DNA of 30,478 nucleotides from positions 1-30,478 of the forward strand of contig JBBQPO010000037.1 of assembly GCA_038217285.1 (NCBI GenBank). Direction: 5' to 3'. The position numbers and the translations under genes are program-made. This stretch comes from Chthonomonadales bacterium (GTDB lineage Bacteria; Armatimonadota; Chthonomonadetes; Chthonomonadales; Chthonomonadaceae). The notes under the pieces were generated by a model. It was not told the DNA's origin, made no database searches, and saw only the letters and a list, made by a program, of their open reading frames with translations. Positions 16,500-26,515 of the stretch are shown one piece after another; positions within the stretch are counted from its first letter, which is position 1, and each line of letters begins with the position of its first letter.

Positions 16500-17471
16500 A
16501 TGCTCTCTCTGCACAGTGCGCACGTCGCCATGGCAACCGAGTTCGAACTTCTGGTCTATGGCGACCGTGAGTCCTACCTGCAGTCTGTGACGGAAGCGGT
16601 GTTCGAGGAGATTTCGCGCCTGGAGGCGCATCTCAGTTTTTATCGGTCGACCAGCGACATCTCCGAGCTGAATCGTCGGGCGGCCTTCGGGGCGGTCACA
16701 GTCGAACCATGGCTATTTCAACTGCTGGAGAAGGCGAAAAAATGGTGCGAGGCGACAGGCGGCGCGTTCGATCCTACGGTCGCCCCCCTCATGCGCTGCT
16801 GGGGATTTGTCGGCGCTTCCGGCAGTCTGCCGACAGAGGGCGCGATTGACGAGGCGCGAAAAGTCGTGGGGATGCATCATCTCCACCTCGATGCACGGGA
16901 CTATACCGTAGAGTTCGATGCCGAGGGGGTGCAACTCGATCTAGGAGCGATAGGGAAGGGGTATGCGGTCGAGTGCGCGGTCGAGTTGCTGCGGGAGTAC
17001 GAGATAACGGCGGCGCTCCTCCACGGCGGAACCAGCACGGTCTACGCCGTCGGCCGTCCACCTGATGCGGACGCCTGGACCGTCGCTGTCCAACGGCCCT
17101 TCGACACGACGCCAGGCAGTCACCTGACGCAGTTTCGGCTGCGGGACGAGGCGCTTTCGATCTCGGCACCGCATGGGAAATGGTTCGCGTCGGAAGGGCG
17201 CCGCTACGGGCACGTCATCGATCCGCGCACCGGCGCTCCTGCAGGCCGCGCCCTCCTCGCCGCACTCGTGACCGCCTCTGCCACCGACAGCGACGCTCTC
17301 TCAACGGCGCTCTTAACGTTAGGGGCAGAGGGCCTACCGCTCATCGGAAGTCTGCTGCCGGATGCCAGAGCGCTGGTCGCAACCGCACCGCTGTCGGACA
17401 TTGACGAGAATCCGACGGCGCTCCACCTCTCGACATGGGGAGTGGGAGCCGACGATCAACGCGGCTCGTAG
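16500..17471 (+). CDS. apbE: FAD:protein FMN transferase without a signal peptide
   Basis: Motifs AMAT, SDISELN, TGGAFDPTV, DLGAIGKGY, GHVIDPRTG and DALSTA. No lipobox or signal. Confidence 0.92.
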   Translation: MLSLHSAHVAMATEFELLVYGDRESYLQSVTEAVFEEISRLEAHLSFYRSTSDISELNRRAAFGAVTVEPWLFQLLEKAKKWCEATGGAFDPTVAPLMRCWGFVGASGSLPTEGAIDEARKVVGMHHLHLDARDYTVEFDAEGVQLDLGAIGKGYAVECAVELLREYEITAALLHGGTSTVYAVGRPPDADAWTVAVQRPFDTTPGSHLTQFRLRDEALSISAPHGKWFASEGRRYGHVIDPRTGAPAGRALLAALVTASATDSDALSTALLTLGAEGLPLIGSLLPDARALVATAPLSDIDENPTALHLSTWGVGADDQRGS

Positions 17472-18280
17472 TGCTTCGCGCCCGCGTCGGGCAGCGGCAG
17501 AATCCAGATGTTGCGGAAGGCGACCGTATTGCCGTGGAACTGGAGCCGAATCGGTCCGGGTGTGCTGAGATCTTCGGGCGGCGTGGTCGGCTTCAGAGGG
17601 ACGTTCGGATCGACAGGCGGCGGGTTTTTCGGCGGCGTCACGATGTGGGTAAGACCGGTGATGACCTGATCGTTCTGCACAACTATCCCGTTTTGCACTA
17701 TCGTGACTCGCGCCATCTCCCGTAGTTTCGTATGGTCGGCAGAGTCGTAACGGGGAGCGTGATAGGCGATGTCGTAGGTCTGCCATTGAAGCGGAGGCTT
17801 GCAGGCGTTGACCAGTGGCGCGGACTGGTGGTAGACTGCTCCACAGTCTCCGGTACCTGGCTCCTTAATCCCGTAGGAGTCGAGCACCTGAATCTCGTAT
17901 CGCCCCTGCATGAAGACGCCGCTGTTGCCGCGCCCCTGACCTTTTTTATCCGGCATATAGGGAACGCGGAACTCGATGTGCAGTTGATAGCTCGAGAACT
18001 TCTCCTTTGTCGCGATGTCGCCGCCGACGGAGACCATCGCGCCGTCCTCGATTTTCCACTGCACGGGCTTACTGCCCTGGCGCCAGTTGGCGTCCAAGTC
18101 GGCCTGCGTACCCCCAAAGAGCACCTCCAGGCCGGGCGTGGCAGGTATGGGCTGAGGTGGCGCGGTATCCATGGTGGGCACCTGCTGCGCCGTGCCTGTT
18201 GCCGCCAGCATCAAACATGCGGTGAGGACGACCATCCGTCTGCATACGCTCCGTCCGTCGCTTTGTCTAAAACCTCGCAT
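17456..18280 (-). CDS. Secreted DUF1080 (3-keto-disaccharide hydrolase-like) protein
   Basis: Signal peptide, LHIEF, GQGRGNSGVF, YEIQVLDS and IRLQFHG...FRNIWI. The ATG at 18280 has a GGAGG RBS. 16-bp convergent overlap with apbE. Confidence 0.9.
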   Translation of the reverse strand: MRGFRQSDGRSVCRRMVVLTACLMLAATGTAQQVPTMDTAPPQPIPATPGLEVLFGGTQADLDANWRQGSKPVQWKIEDGAMVSVGGDIATKEKFSSYQLHIEFRVPYMPDKKGQGRGNSGVFMQGRYEIQVLDSYGIKEPGTGDCGAVYHQSAPLVNACKPPLQWQTYDIAYHAPRYDSADHTKLREMARVTIVQNGIVVQNDQVITGLTHIVTPPKNPPPVDPNVPLKPTTPPEDLSTPGPIRLQFHGNTVAFRNIWILPLPDAGAKHYEPR

Positions 18281-18325
18281 CTTTCCCTCCCCCAATTTTC
18301 TGTCGGATAGATTCAGGCTTTCTCT

Positions 18326-20428
18326 TTAGGTGACGGGGCAGACGTGGACGGCAGCGACCGACACACGGCCCTCCGTGCAGAGCAGGCCGATTCCACCGCC
18401 TGTCAACGGCTCGTCCGTATCTTCCTCGTCAAACAGTATTTCACCATCCAGTTCGGCACGGATACGGTTCCCTTCGACCTGCAGGCAGAGTTCTACCTCT
18501 TTACCATGACTCCAGGCAAACGGCTTCTTCGCCAGCACCATCTCGGTATTCAGCACCTTGCTTAAGGTCACTCGGTTCTCGTCGCTCAGGGTCAGAGCGT
18601 AGTACCGGCGCAGGCCCTGCACCCGCGCGGCCAGTCCGAAGGAGGCGGCCATGTGCGGGCGTATCGACGCCGTGACACGGTAGTCCGTCCACTCCCGCGT
18701 CCCCTGAATCACCATGCCGGTGCCTTCGTCCTGGATCAGTCGGAAGGGGTCGCCACCGGTTTCGAAATGATCCATAGCGTCTACCCAGGCCCGCTTCCAG
18801 AGACTGCCTTTTGTATGGCCGAGAATGGCATCCGGCGGGCCGTCCCAAGTCACGAAATCCAGGTAGAGGACGCCATCCGCACGGCTCTCCGAGCAGATCT
18901 CTACGCCGACTTCCGCGACTGGATACCCGCCGTTTTCGGGCAGATGCCAGCGGAACTCGTGGGAGTCTCCCGGTTCCATCTGCCGCTCGGGGCCGTAGGA
19001 GAGCGTGAGCTTATCGTGTTCATCGTATGTCTTGGTGTAGAGTCGGCACTCGACAGTCTGTTTGTTCGCGGAATCCGCAGCGATTCCAGCGCGGATCGTC
19101 TGGCCGGGATAGAGCGTTGGCGAACAGACGAGGGCATACCCGTTCATTTTGGAGGTGTCCGGTGGAAGGAATGTGGCGGTCCCAACCCGCGCTGTTCTAC
19201 CCGTTGAGATCTGCCGGTAATGCAGGGCCAGACTGCGGTCACCTCGTCGACTGTTCCCCTTCACATTTTCCAGTCGAACTGTCCCACGCGTATGTGGGCT
19301 GTCGTCCGACACGAATCCTTGCGTCGATCCGGGCAACTCGAAATGGAAGCGTGCCCCCCCCTTGGGGGTGTCCGGCTCCTGACTGTTCATGGCACGGGCG
19401 GCATTGACGATGTGGTAGGTTTCGGTGACCGCATCGGTGATCCCGCGACCACCGTCTGCTGTAGGCAGGTACATGCGATCCGCCACCGGGCCGCGCCAGT
19501 CCGGGCCGTCCTCGATGCCTTTCAGCCCATTACGAACGCCCAGAATACAGCCGACGTTGCCGGAGTTGCAGTCGGTATCCCATCCACAGGTATTGACGAT
19601 GGTCAGCGATTTCGAAAAGTCGCCGTCGCCGTGCAGGAGGGCATGGATGATCAGACCGTGGTTGGGGATCATATGGCAGCCGCCGCCGAATTTATTGTAA
19701 CCATACTTCTGGGCGATCTTCTCACGCGCCTTATGCCAGTCTTTGTCGGCGGCATGCCATTCCCGGATATCCGCAATCATGCGGGCGATCGTCGAATCGT
19801 GTGGGATGTACTCCAGTGCGGTATCGATCAGTTTCTGTATATCGCGTTCGACAAAGGCCGCTGCCTCGATGGCCGCAACGATCTGCGCGCCGTAGATCGC
19901 CTCGCCGTCGTGGCTCACGCTTGCGGCTCGCCGCGCAAGGTCTGCGGCGAAAGCCGGGTCGCCCGGAGCTACCATTCCCCAGGCGTCGATGAAAATCTGC
20001 GCGCCGATCTGTTCGGCGACGACTTTGCCGTTCGTCACGATCAAACCGGAGAAGGGCGCGGCGATGCCGTGTTTCAGGCGCAGATAGGCGGTATGCTCGG
20101 TGGAAGTTCCCATGCCGCCCCACCAGAGGACGGTGCGCTTTTCGATGAGGTAGTTGAGCCAGGTCTGGCCGATCTGAGCCGGAGTAAGATTGCGGTTGAA
20201 CCCATTATCGGCGAGGGAGCGGAAAAAGGTGAAGGTGCCCGAAATATCGTCGTCGGTGACGAGAAGGGGTGTACCGCGCTGCTCGTGGACGTAGTAGGTG
20301 ATCTCTCCCAACTCCGCGATGATCTTGTCGTAGGTCCAGCCTTCGAACGGTCGGCCCAGATAGACACCGATAATCTTGCCCAGAACGCCTGCATAGACAC
20401 GCTCCGCGTAGTCTTTCGGTAACGCCAT
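18326..20428 (-). CDS. Long ADP-ribosylglycohydrolase-family protein with C-terminal beta-sandwich domains
   Basis: GKIIGVYLGRPFEG, TDDD, SHDGEA, GWDTDCNSG. The ~350-aa C-terminal extension is lectin/DUF1080-like. GAGGAGG RBS. Confidence 0.9.
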   Translation of the reverse strand: MALPKDYAERVYAGVLGKIIGVYLGRPFEGWTYDKIIAELGEITYYVHEQRGTPLLVTDDDISGTFTFFRSLADNGFNRNLTPAQIGQTWLNYLIEKRTVLWWGGMGTSTEHTAYLRLKHGIAAPFSGLIVTNGKVVAEQIGAQIFIDAWGMVAPGDPAFAADLARRAASVSHDGEAIYGAQIVAAIEAAAFVERDIQKLIDTALEYIPHDSTIARMIADIREWHAADKDWHKAREKIAQKYGYNKFGGGCHMIPNHGLIIHALLHGDGDFSKSLTIVNTCGWDTDCNSGNVGCILGVRNGLKGIEDGPDWRGPVADRMYLPTADGGRGITDAVTETYHIVNAARAMNSQEPDTPKGGARFHFELPGSTQGFVSDDSPHTRGTVRLENVKGNSRRGDRSLALHYRQISTGRTARVGTATFLPPDTSKMNGYALVCSPTLYPGQTIRAGIAADSANKQTVECRLYTKTYDEHDKLTLSYGPERQMEPGDSHEFRWHLPENGGYPVAEVGVEICSESRADGVLYLDFVTWDGPPDAILGHTKGSLWKRAWVDAMDHFETGGDPFRLIQDEGTGMVIQGTREWTDYRVTASIRPHMAASFGLAARVQGLRRYYALTLSDENRVTLSKVLNTEMVLAKKPFAWSHGKEVELCLQVEGNRIRAELDGEILFDEEDTDEPLTGGGIGLLCTEGRVSVAAVHVCPVT

Positions 20429-20600
20429 TGCCCTGCCTCCTCTATCGTCTGGAATGTCAACGCTTCATTTCGACAGCCTGCTCTCCGACTCCTGCCCGGC
20501 AGGAGGCCGGGGCGGCACAAAATCGGGCAGGAGGAGGGATCAAGCGTGGAGAACGCTGTGGGTGAGATCGACGCTATCGGCCGGGCGGGATGTGCGATGA

Positions 20601-20975
<375 letters not shown>

Positions 20976-21003
20976 GTCGGGCGGTTCACGAACGAGAGAG
21001 GGC

Positions 21004-21438
21004 CTACGCGTCGGGGCGAAAGGCCGGGGAGATGGCCTGCGACTGCGTCGTCACGACGCGCTGAATGTCGTTCAGTTCACCGAGTGTGAAGCCTTCGGTC
21101 TGGAGAAGATGCTTGATCAGCAGGGCCGGGGAACCGGCGAACAGGCGGTTCAAAACGTCCTGAAGGATCTCACCGCGGGCATCGTGCGAGGATAGGAGGG
21201 GGCGATAGAAAAACATACGCATTCCGTCCGGCTGCTCGTGCATGACCAGGCCCCGCCGTTCCAGGTTGCGGAGCACCGTCAAAATGGTCGTATAAGCGGA
21301 TCTACGGTCGCCCGGCAGGGCGTCCAGAACCTCGCGGACGGTCGCCCGCCCGCAAGTCCAAAGGACATTGAGCACCGCCAGTTGCAGTTCGCCCAGTTCG
21401 CCGGTTCGCGGGGACGTGGGGGCGTCTCCTTTTCTCAC
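21004..21438 (-). CDS. BlaI/MecI/CopY-family transcriptional regulator
   Basis: LGELQLAVLNVLW, ATVREV, AYTTILTVLRNLERRGLV, LFAGS. Confidence 0.92.
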   Translation of the reverse strand: MRKGDAPTSPRTGELGELQLAVLNVLWTCGRATVREVLDALPGDRRSAYTTILTVLRNLERRGLVMHEQPDGMRMFFYRPLLSSHDARGEILQDVLNRLFAGSPALLIKHLLQTEGFTLGELNDIQRVVTTQSQAISPAFRPDA

Positions 21439-21488
21439 GGCACACTCTCCTTTTCGGTTAGCGATCCTGACCGTATCGGCGGACGGAT

Positions 21489-24197
21489 CTACTTTTTCAA
21501 CCGGGGTTGTTTTATTTTCGGTACGGCCTGGAGGACGGCGTTTTCGACCGGAATCGGGCGTTGGGTTCCGTCAGGCGTAAAGCCGTTTTTCGTCAGCATA
21601 AACGCGTCCACGGCAAAGTTATATATCGGCGGCGAAACCGCATGGTTGATGACTTCGATCTCCAGGACGTGACGGCCCTTTTTCATGTAGGCAGCGCCCA
21701 GGATCAGCCATCCAAATTGATCCCCGGCATAGAGAGAACCGTGCGGTTTCATGTCTGCCGGATCCAGATTTGGGGCGGCATCGATCGCCCAGCGGATAGG
21801 GGAGATGGCTGGCCCTGGCACACTGCATGCCATCCAGACGTTGTACCGACCGTCTTCGACCACATCGAACTCCCAGTGAGCGCCGTAGCCGTACTTTGAG
21901 GGCGGGTTCGTGTTGGACAGTCGAAGGTAGCGTTCGCCGCTCACCTCGGGATGAGACGCGACCTCATCGAACGTATGCGCCTTTGACCCGATGGCCTCCC
22001 CCTCGACCCAGATGTAAGGCTTCACGACATCCATCAACTGGTTGAGGCCGTCCCGAGCGAAGAGGTACGCGGCGTCGAAATTCTTCCGAACATAGTCGTC
22101 CTGAGCGCGATAGAGGCTCGCTTTGACATTCTGAACGTCCGGGGATTTCGAGCCACCTGCCTGGACCATCAGCGCTTCCAGTTGCGCCAGCGCATCCTCC
22201 GCAGGTTCCTGAAGGATAAGGCGCTGAGTACCCGTCTCGATCACTGTCGGCGTCGAGTCGAGACGGAGGATAAACCCGGTCTTATTGATCAACTGGATGG
22301 GAAGGGGTGTGCCGTCAGCGGTGAATGCGTGTATCAAACGATTCTCAGGCACGGTGAAATGGACGCGTCTTGGTCCCTTGTTCGAGATCAGCACGGTCTC
22401 CTGATGGGTGTCGTCGATCTTCAGAATATAGCCGCTAAACGAGGGCCAGAGGTCGAGCGCTTCGCCGCTCGCCTGGGAACCGAGCCAGAGGACATTCGGC
22501 ATACCGGGGATCGGGCCAGCGTGGGCGGGGCCTGGCGTATCCTGCGGATAGAAGAGGATACGAGGCAGATCACGGACTGCCGAGGGCTGCGATCCGATCT
22601 GCGTGGAGTAGTCGTGTAGCCAGGCCAATCGGTCCGGTGAGTTCAGCCAGGGAGTCGTCTTCGCGTTCGCCTCTGCGGGAGTACTACCCGCGAAAAACCC
22701 TTTGACTCCGGTCCGCTTCATCTCGTCGAGCAGACTGAACAGGGCGATCCGCGTGGCCGTCGCCGTCGAGCCTGCCGGCGGATTGGGACTGACGGCTGCG
22801 GGAACAGGCACGTCGGGAGAGACCTCGGTCGCCAGATACCACATTGGCCGCGACGCCTGTTCGACAGCGCCGAGAGCCGGGCCCAACTGCCCGGCAATAG
22901 AGGGCTTGCCGCGCGTTGCCACGCTCAAGCCATCGAAACCGCCGACCTCCGCGTTGAGGAAGATGGGATGGTTTTGGGTCCACGTATAGACGACGGGCAC
23001 ATCGGCGACTTGCTGCTTCAAGACCTCGGCCAGGCTTCGCATGTAGTTCGCGATACTCTCGTTGCGGAACTGGCGAAAGTCGTTCCAGAAGCTGGATTTT
23101 GTCGAATCAACGCGCATTATTCGGTCGCCGTGCGGATCGTACAGATAGCCGATTCCGCGGTCACCCAGCCACAACGGTACATAACGCGCGAGTTCGTCGT
23201 AGGATTTAGGCTCGTTCTCGCCCATTGCCCAGCGGGACCGCGCATCCTCGACACCCGGATAGTTGCGTTCCAGCCAGCTTTCCCACTCGAGACGAAATCC
23301 CTCGGACTCGGGAATCAGCGTCTCGAACTCGCCCGCGAGGCCGAGATGGCGTGCCAGTGGGTCGAGCAGAAAGCGAAGACCCTTGCCGAACTTTATATGT
23401 GTCAGGTAACCCAGGAGACGGTCCCGGTAGTCGTCATACCCGTCCCATAGGTCCGGGCAGGCGCCCTCTGTGCCGATCGGCAGTGTCTTGTGCGGATAGA
23501 GCAGGCCGATCAGCTTGCCAGAGGAGCTGCGGGGGTCCAGCGGGACACTGAGGAAATCGTCTTTGATATCGTACCGGCCCGCCTGAAGGACGTGGTACTC
23601 GCCACTGTTGGTGTCTTCCAGAATGGTGACCAGGCCATGATCGGCGTGGGTCGCGTGCCAGTGGGCCGTCACGCTATCGGCCTCGAAATAACGATAGTTG
23701 GCCGGCTTGACCACGAGGCCCGTCAATGGCTTTTCGATCCCTGCACCGAAGGCGAGGCCGTAGCGGAAGCCGTTGGAATCCAGGTGATCGATGAGCCGCT
23801 GAAACGCGCTCGACGGAATGTCGGGCAGCGACTTCACGGGCGCAACCAGGATATCCAGTACACCCTTGTCGTGGTCGAGCGTGAGGGCGCGGACATCTTC
23901 CTCCCAGGCCGCATCGGAGCTATCTGCCAGAGAGCGGGGAGTGAAGACGCTGCCGACCGGAAGATAGGGTGCCCCGTCCCACATGAGTGCATGCGCACTC
24001 GTGACGGTCCAAGGATGTTTCGCGCCCGAGCTGTCCGTATAGACTTCGGCGTGGACGTTCTGGGGCGGCGCGGCCACCGTGATCTTCTGGGCGACCTGAC
24101 CTGCGGCAGAGACGACAGCGAAGGCGAGGCAGGCGATCAGTCCGGAAAGGAGACTCCGGCGGAGGCGGAAATGGGGGAAAGACGCGCATGTTTGCAT
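21489..24197 (-). CDS. Large secreted hypothetical protein, possibly glycoside-hydrolase-like with a C-terminal CBM-like domain
   Basis: Signal peptide, LMWDGAPYLPVG, aromatic-rich core (WLERNY, FWNDFRQFR), C-terminal WVEGE...GRYNVW...VDAFML. The ATG at 24197 is the likely start. Function is inferred. Confidence 0.75.
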   Translation of the reverse strand: MQTCASFPHFRLRRSLLSGLIACLAFAVVSAAGQVAQKITVAAPPQNVHAEVYTDSSGAKHPWTVTSAHALMWDGAPYLPVGSVFTPRSLADSSDAAWEEDVRALTLDHDKGVLDILVAPVKSLPDIPSSAFQRLIDHLDSNGFRYGLAFGAGIEKPLTGLVVKPANYRYFEADSVTAHWHATHADHGLVTILEDTNSGEYHVLQAGRYDIKDDFLSVPLDPRSSSGKLIGLLYPHKTLPIGTEGACPDLWDGYDDYRDRLLGYLTHIKFGKGLRFLLDPLARHLGLAGEFETLIPESEGFRLEWESWLERNYPGVEDARSRWAMGENEPKSYDELARYVPLWLGDRGIGYLYDPHGDRIMRVDSTKSSFWNDFRQFRNESIANYMRSLAEVLKQQVADVPVVYTWTQNHPIFLNAEVGGFDGLSVATRGKPSIAGQLGPALGAVEQASRPMWYLATEVSPDVPVPAAVSPNPPAGSTATATRIALFSLLDEMKRTGVKGFFAGSTPAEANAKTTPWLNSPDRLAWLHDYSTQIGSQPSAVRDLPRILFYPQDTPGPAHAGPIPGMPNVLWLGSQASGEALDLWPSFSGYILKIDDTHQETVLISNKGPRRVHFTVPENRLIHAFTADGTPLPIQLINKTGFILRLDSTPTVIETGTQRLILQEPAEDALAQLEALMVQAGGSKSPDVQNVKASLYRAQDDYVRKNFDAAYLFARDGLNQLMDVVKPYIWVEGEAIGSKAHTFDEVASHPEVSGERYLRLSNTNPPSKYGYGAHWEFDVVEDGRYNVWMACSVPGPAISPIRWAIDAAPNLDPADMKPHGSLYAGDQFGWLILGAAYMKKGRHVLEIEVINHAVSPPIYNFAVDAFMLTKNGFTPDGTQRPIPVENAVLQAVPKIKQPRLKK

Positions 24198-24271
24198 AGG
24201 CGTTGGGCTTTCGAAATAGTTCGCGGGCGACCGAGGGAGCGCCCGATAGGCACGGCAGGCGTCGGAACGGA

Positions 24272-24622
24272 TCAATATTCGTCCACCGGGGAGAAATGGA
24301 TCACCGTCACGGTATCTTCGACGGAGATATCGTCGGAGTAGATGCGGCGCATCAGATGAACAATATCATCGGCGGTGCGGAACTCCGGATTCTCTTTCTG
24401 AATCTCCCGAGGCGAAAGTTGATCGATGGTCTTGACCTCGACACGGTCGAGGATGGCGGTAAAGAGCTTCTGACGGCGGCCAAAACGCGGCCCTACCGTG
24501 ATCCAGATCAGCATCCCCGCCTGATATTTATTGGATTTATCACCCTGTCGTATCGTGATGGTCTTGCGGCCATTGCGCAGCACCTCTTCGTAGTATTCGG
24601 CGTAAAAGTTCATTGCGAACAT
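24272..24622 (-). CDS. ASCH-domain protein (YqfB-like)
   Basis: MNF...GRKTITIR motif, later KEN and VTVIHF. Confidence 0.85.
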   Translation of the reverse strand: MFAMNFYAEYYEEVLRNGRKTITIRQGDKSNKYQAGMLIWITVGPRFGRRQKLFTAILDRVEVKTIDQLSPREIQKENPEFRTADDIVHLMRRIYSDDISVEDTVTVIHFSPVDEY

Positions 24623-24715
24623 GAAACAGCCTGCTTTCCTGGCAAGGGCATACGCGCACTTGCTTCGTCTGAATGGACGCGATAGAGCGCGTCAAAGGTT
24701 CGGTGGTTTGGACGG

Positions 24716-26482
24716 CTACATCTTGTCCGGGGCGGTCACGCCCAACAGAGCCAACAGGTTCCGCAGCACGATCCTCGCTCCGTTTACGAGCGCGAGGCGG
24801 GCTTTCGTCACTTCAGGCGAGATACTTTCGTCGGTTCCCGGCAGAACGCGGCAGTTTTCATAGAAGACGTTCAGCAGACTGGACAGATCCATCGCGAATC
24901 GGGTCAGGCGGTGCGGCGCGTAGTCGGCTGCGGCGGTCGTGACCTCGTTCGGGTAGTCGATCAGTTTGCGTAGCACATCGAGCTCACTGGGATGGGTCAG
25001 GCCCGAGAGCGCAACCTGTGCGGCAGGCTCACGCGCCAGTCCGCGTTCCTCGGCGGTCCGGAGGATATTGCTCAGCCTTGCGTGGGCGTACTGCACGTAG
25101 TAGACCGGGTTGTCGTTGCTCTGCTTTCTGGCAAGCTCCACATCGACGGTAGCGGGCGTTTCATAGGAGTTGAGGAGGAAATAGAAGCGCGCGGCATCCT
25201 TACCGATCTCATCGATGAGATCCTCTTTCAGCTCGACGACGTTGCCCTTGCGCTTTCCCCCGATCACCGCTTCGCCATCCCGCACCAGGGAAACCATCTG
25301 AGTCAGTACGATCTCCAGTTTCTGGGGATCGTATCCGAGGGCAGCCACCCCGGCTTTCAGACGACTCACGTAGCCGTGATGATCGGCCCCCCAGATGTCG
25401 ATCAGGTGGGTGAAGCCTCGCTGAAACTTGTTGTCGTGGTAAGCCGCGTCGGCGGCGATGTAGGTCGCCTTCTCGTTCGAACGAATCAGAACCCGGTCTT
25501 TATCGTCACCGAGTGCGGTGGCGCGGAGCCAGAGCGCCCCGTCCTTTTCATAAGCGTAGCCGCGCTCTTTCAACTTCGCAATCGTCTTATCGACGGAGCC
25601 TGACTGGTAGAGACTGCTCTCGAAGAACCAGGTGTCGAAGTGCAGCCCAAAAGCCTCCAGGGCCGACCGCTGCGAAGCGATCATATAGCGTAGTGTCGCC
25701 TCTCGGAAATAGGCGTTGCGCTCCGCATCATCGGACGATTCGTATCGCGCGCCGACCTCCCCAACGATCTTTGCCGCGATCTCACGGACGTAGTCACCGG
25801 GATAGCCTTTTTCGGGAAAGTCCATCGCCTGTTTGTCGGTGCCGCTCTCTTTTTGTTGCGCTCCCGGTTCCAGGCGCCCGTCGGCAAAGTTCAGCGCGTG
25901 GCCTAGCTGCTGCATATAGCGGGCGATCACGGACTCCGCGAAGATCTCCATCTGCGTAGAGTTGAGGGCATCGTTTACATAGAACTCTCGGGCAACCTCA
26001 CATCCCTGCGACGTGAGAAGATTGCCCAGGACGTCGCCGAGGGCAGCGGCCCGCCCGTTGACCACGCTGATAGGGCCAGTCGGGTTGGCGCTGACAAATT
26101 CGATCAGCACCTTTTCCCCGCGTCTCAGGTGGCTGGCGCCGAACTTGGCGTCTTCTGTTTCTATGCGGGGCAGAACCGCGTGCAGCCAGTCGGGCTTCAG
26201 GTAGAAGTTGATGAATCCCGGCCCGGCCAGGTCCATGCGGGCGATGAGCGGATTGTCGGCGGGAAAGTGGCGGAGAATCCGGTTGGCGATGTCCCGACTG
26301 TCGTTGATCCCCGTGGCTTTTTTGAGAGAGAGCGCGACCGTGCTGGAGTAGTCACCATGCTCTTTCTGTCGCGGCGTCACAAGTGGAACGGCGAAATCTT
26401 CGTCGGAAAGGGTGAATTCCCCTGCGTCCCGGGCCGCGAAAACGGCGATGCGAACGAGGGCAGTGAGGTCGTCAGTTATCAC
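24716..26482 (-). CDS. argS: Arginine--tRNA ligase
   Basis: HGDYS, AGPGFINF, EFVSANPTGP, REFYVND, DKDRVL, WGADHHGY, NPVYYVQYAHAR and C-terminal APDKM. Confidence 0.96.
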   Translation of the reverse strand: MITDDLTALVRIAVFAARDAGEFTLSDEDFAVPLVTPRQKEHGDYSSTVALSLKKATGINDSRDIANRILRHFPADNPLIARMDLAGPGFINFYLKPDWLHAVLPRIETEDAKFGASHLRRGEKVLIEFVSANPTGPISVVNGRAAALGDVLGNLLTSQGCEVAREFYVNDALNSTQMEIFAESVIARYMQQLGHALNFADGRLEPGAQQKESGTDKQAMDFPEKGYPGDYVREIAAKIVGEVGARYESSDDAERNAYFREATLRYMIASQRSALEAFGLHFDTWFFESSLYQSGSVDKTIAKLKERGYAYEKDGALWLRATALGDDKDRVLIRSNEKATYIAADAAYHDNKFQRGFTHLIDIWGADHHGYVSRLKAGVAALGYDPQKLEIVLTQMVSLVRDGEAVIGGKRKGNVVELKEDLIDEIGKDAARFYFLLNSYETPATVDVELARKQSNDNPVYYVQYAHARLSNILRTAEERGLAREPAAQVALSGLTHPSELDVLRKLIDYPNEVTTAAADYAPHRLTRFAMDLSSLLNVFYENCRVLPGTDESISPEVTKARLALVNGARIVLRNLLALLGVTAPDKM

Positions 26483-26515
26483 ACAAGGCTCCTTGTGGGA
26501 GAGAGTAGTCGGATG

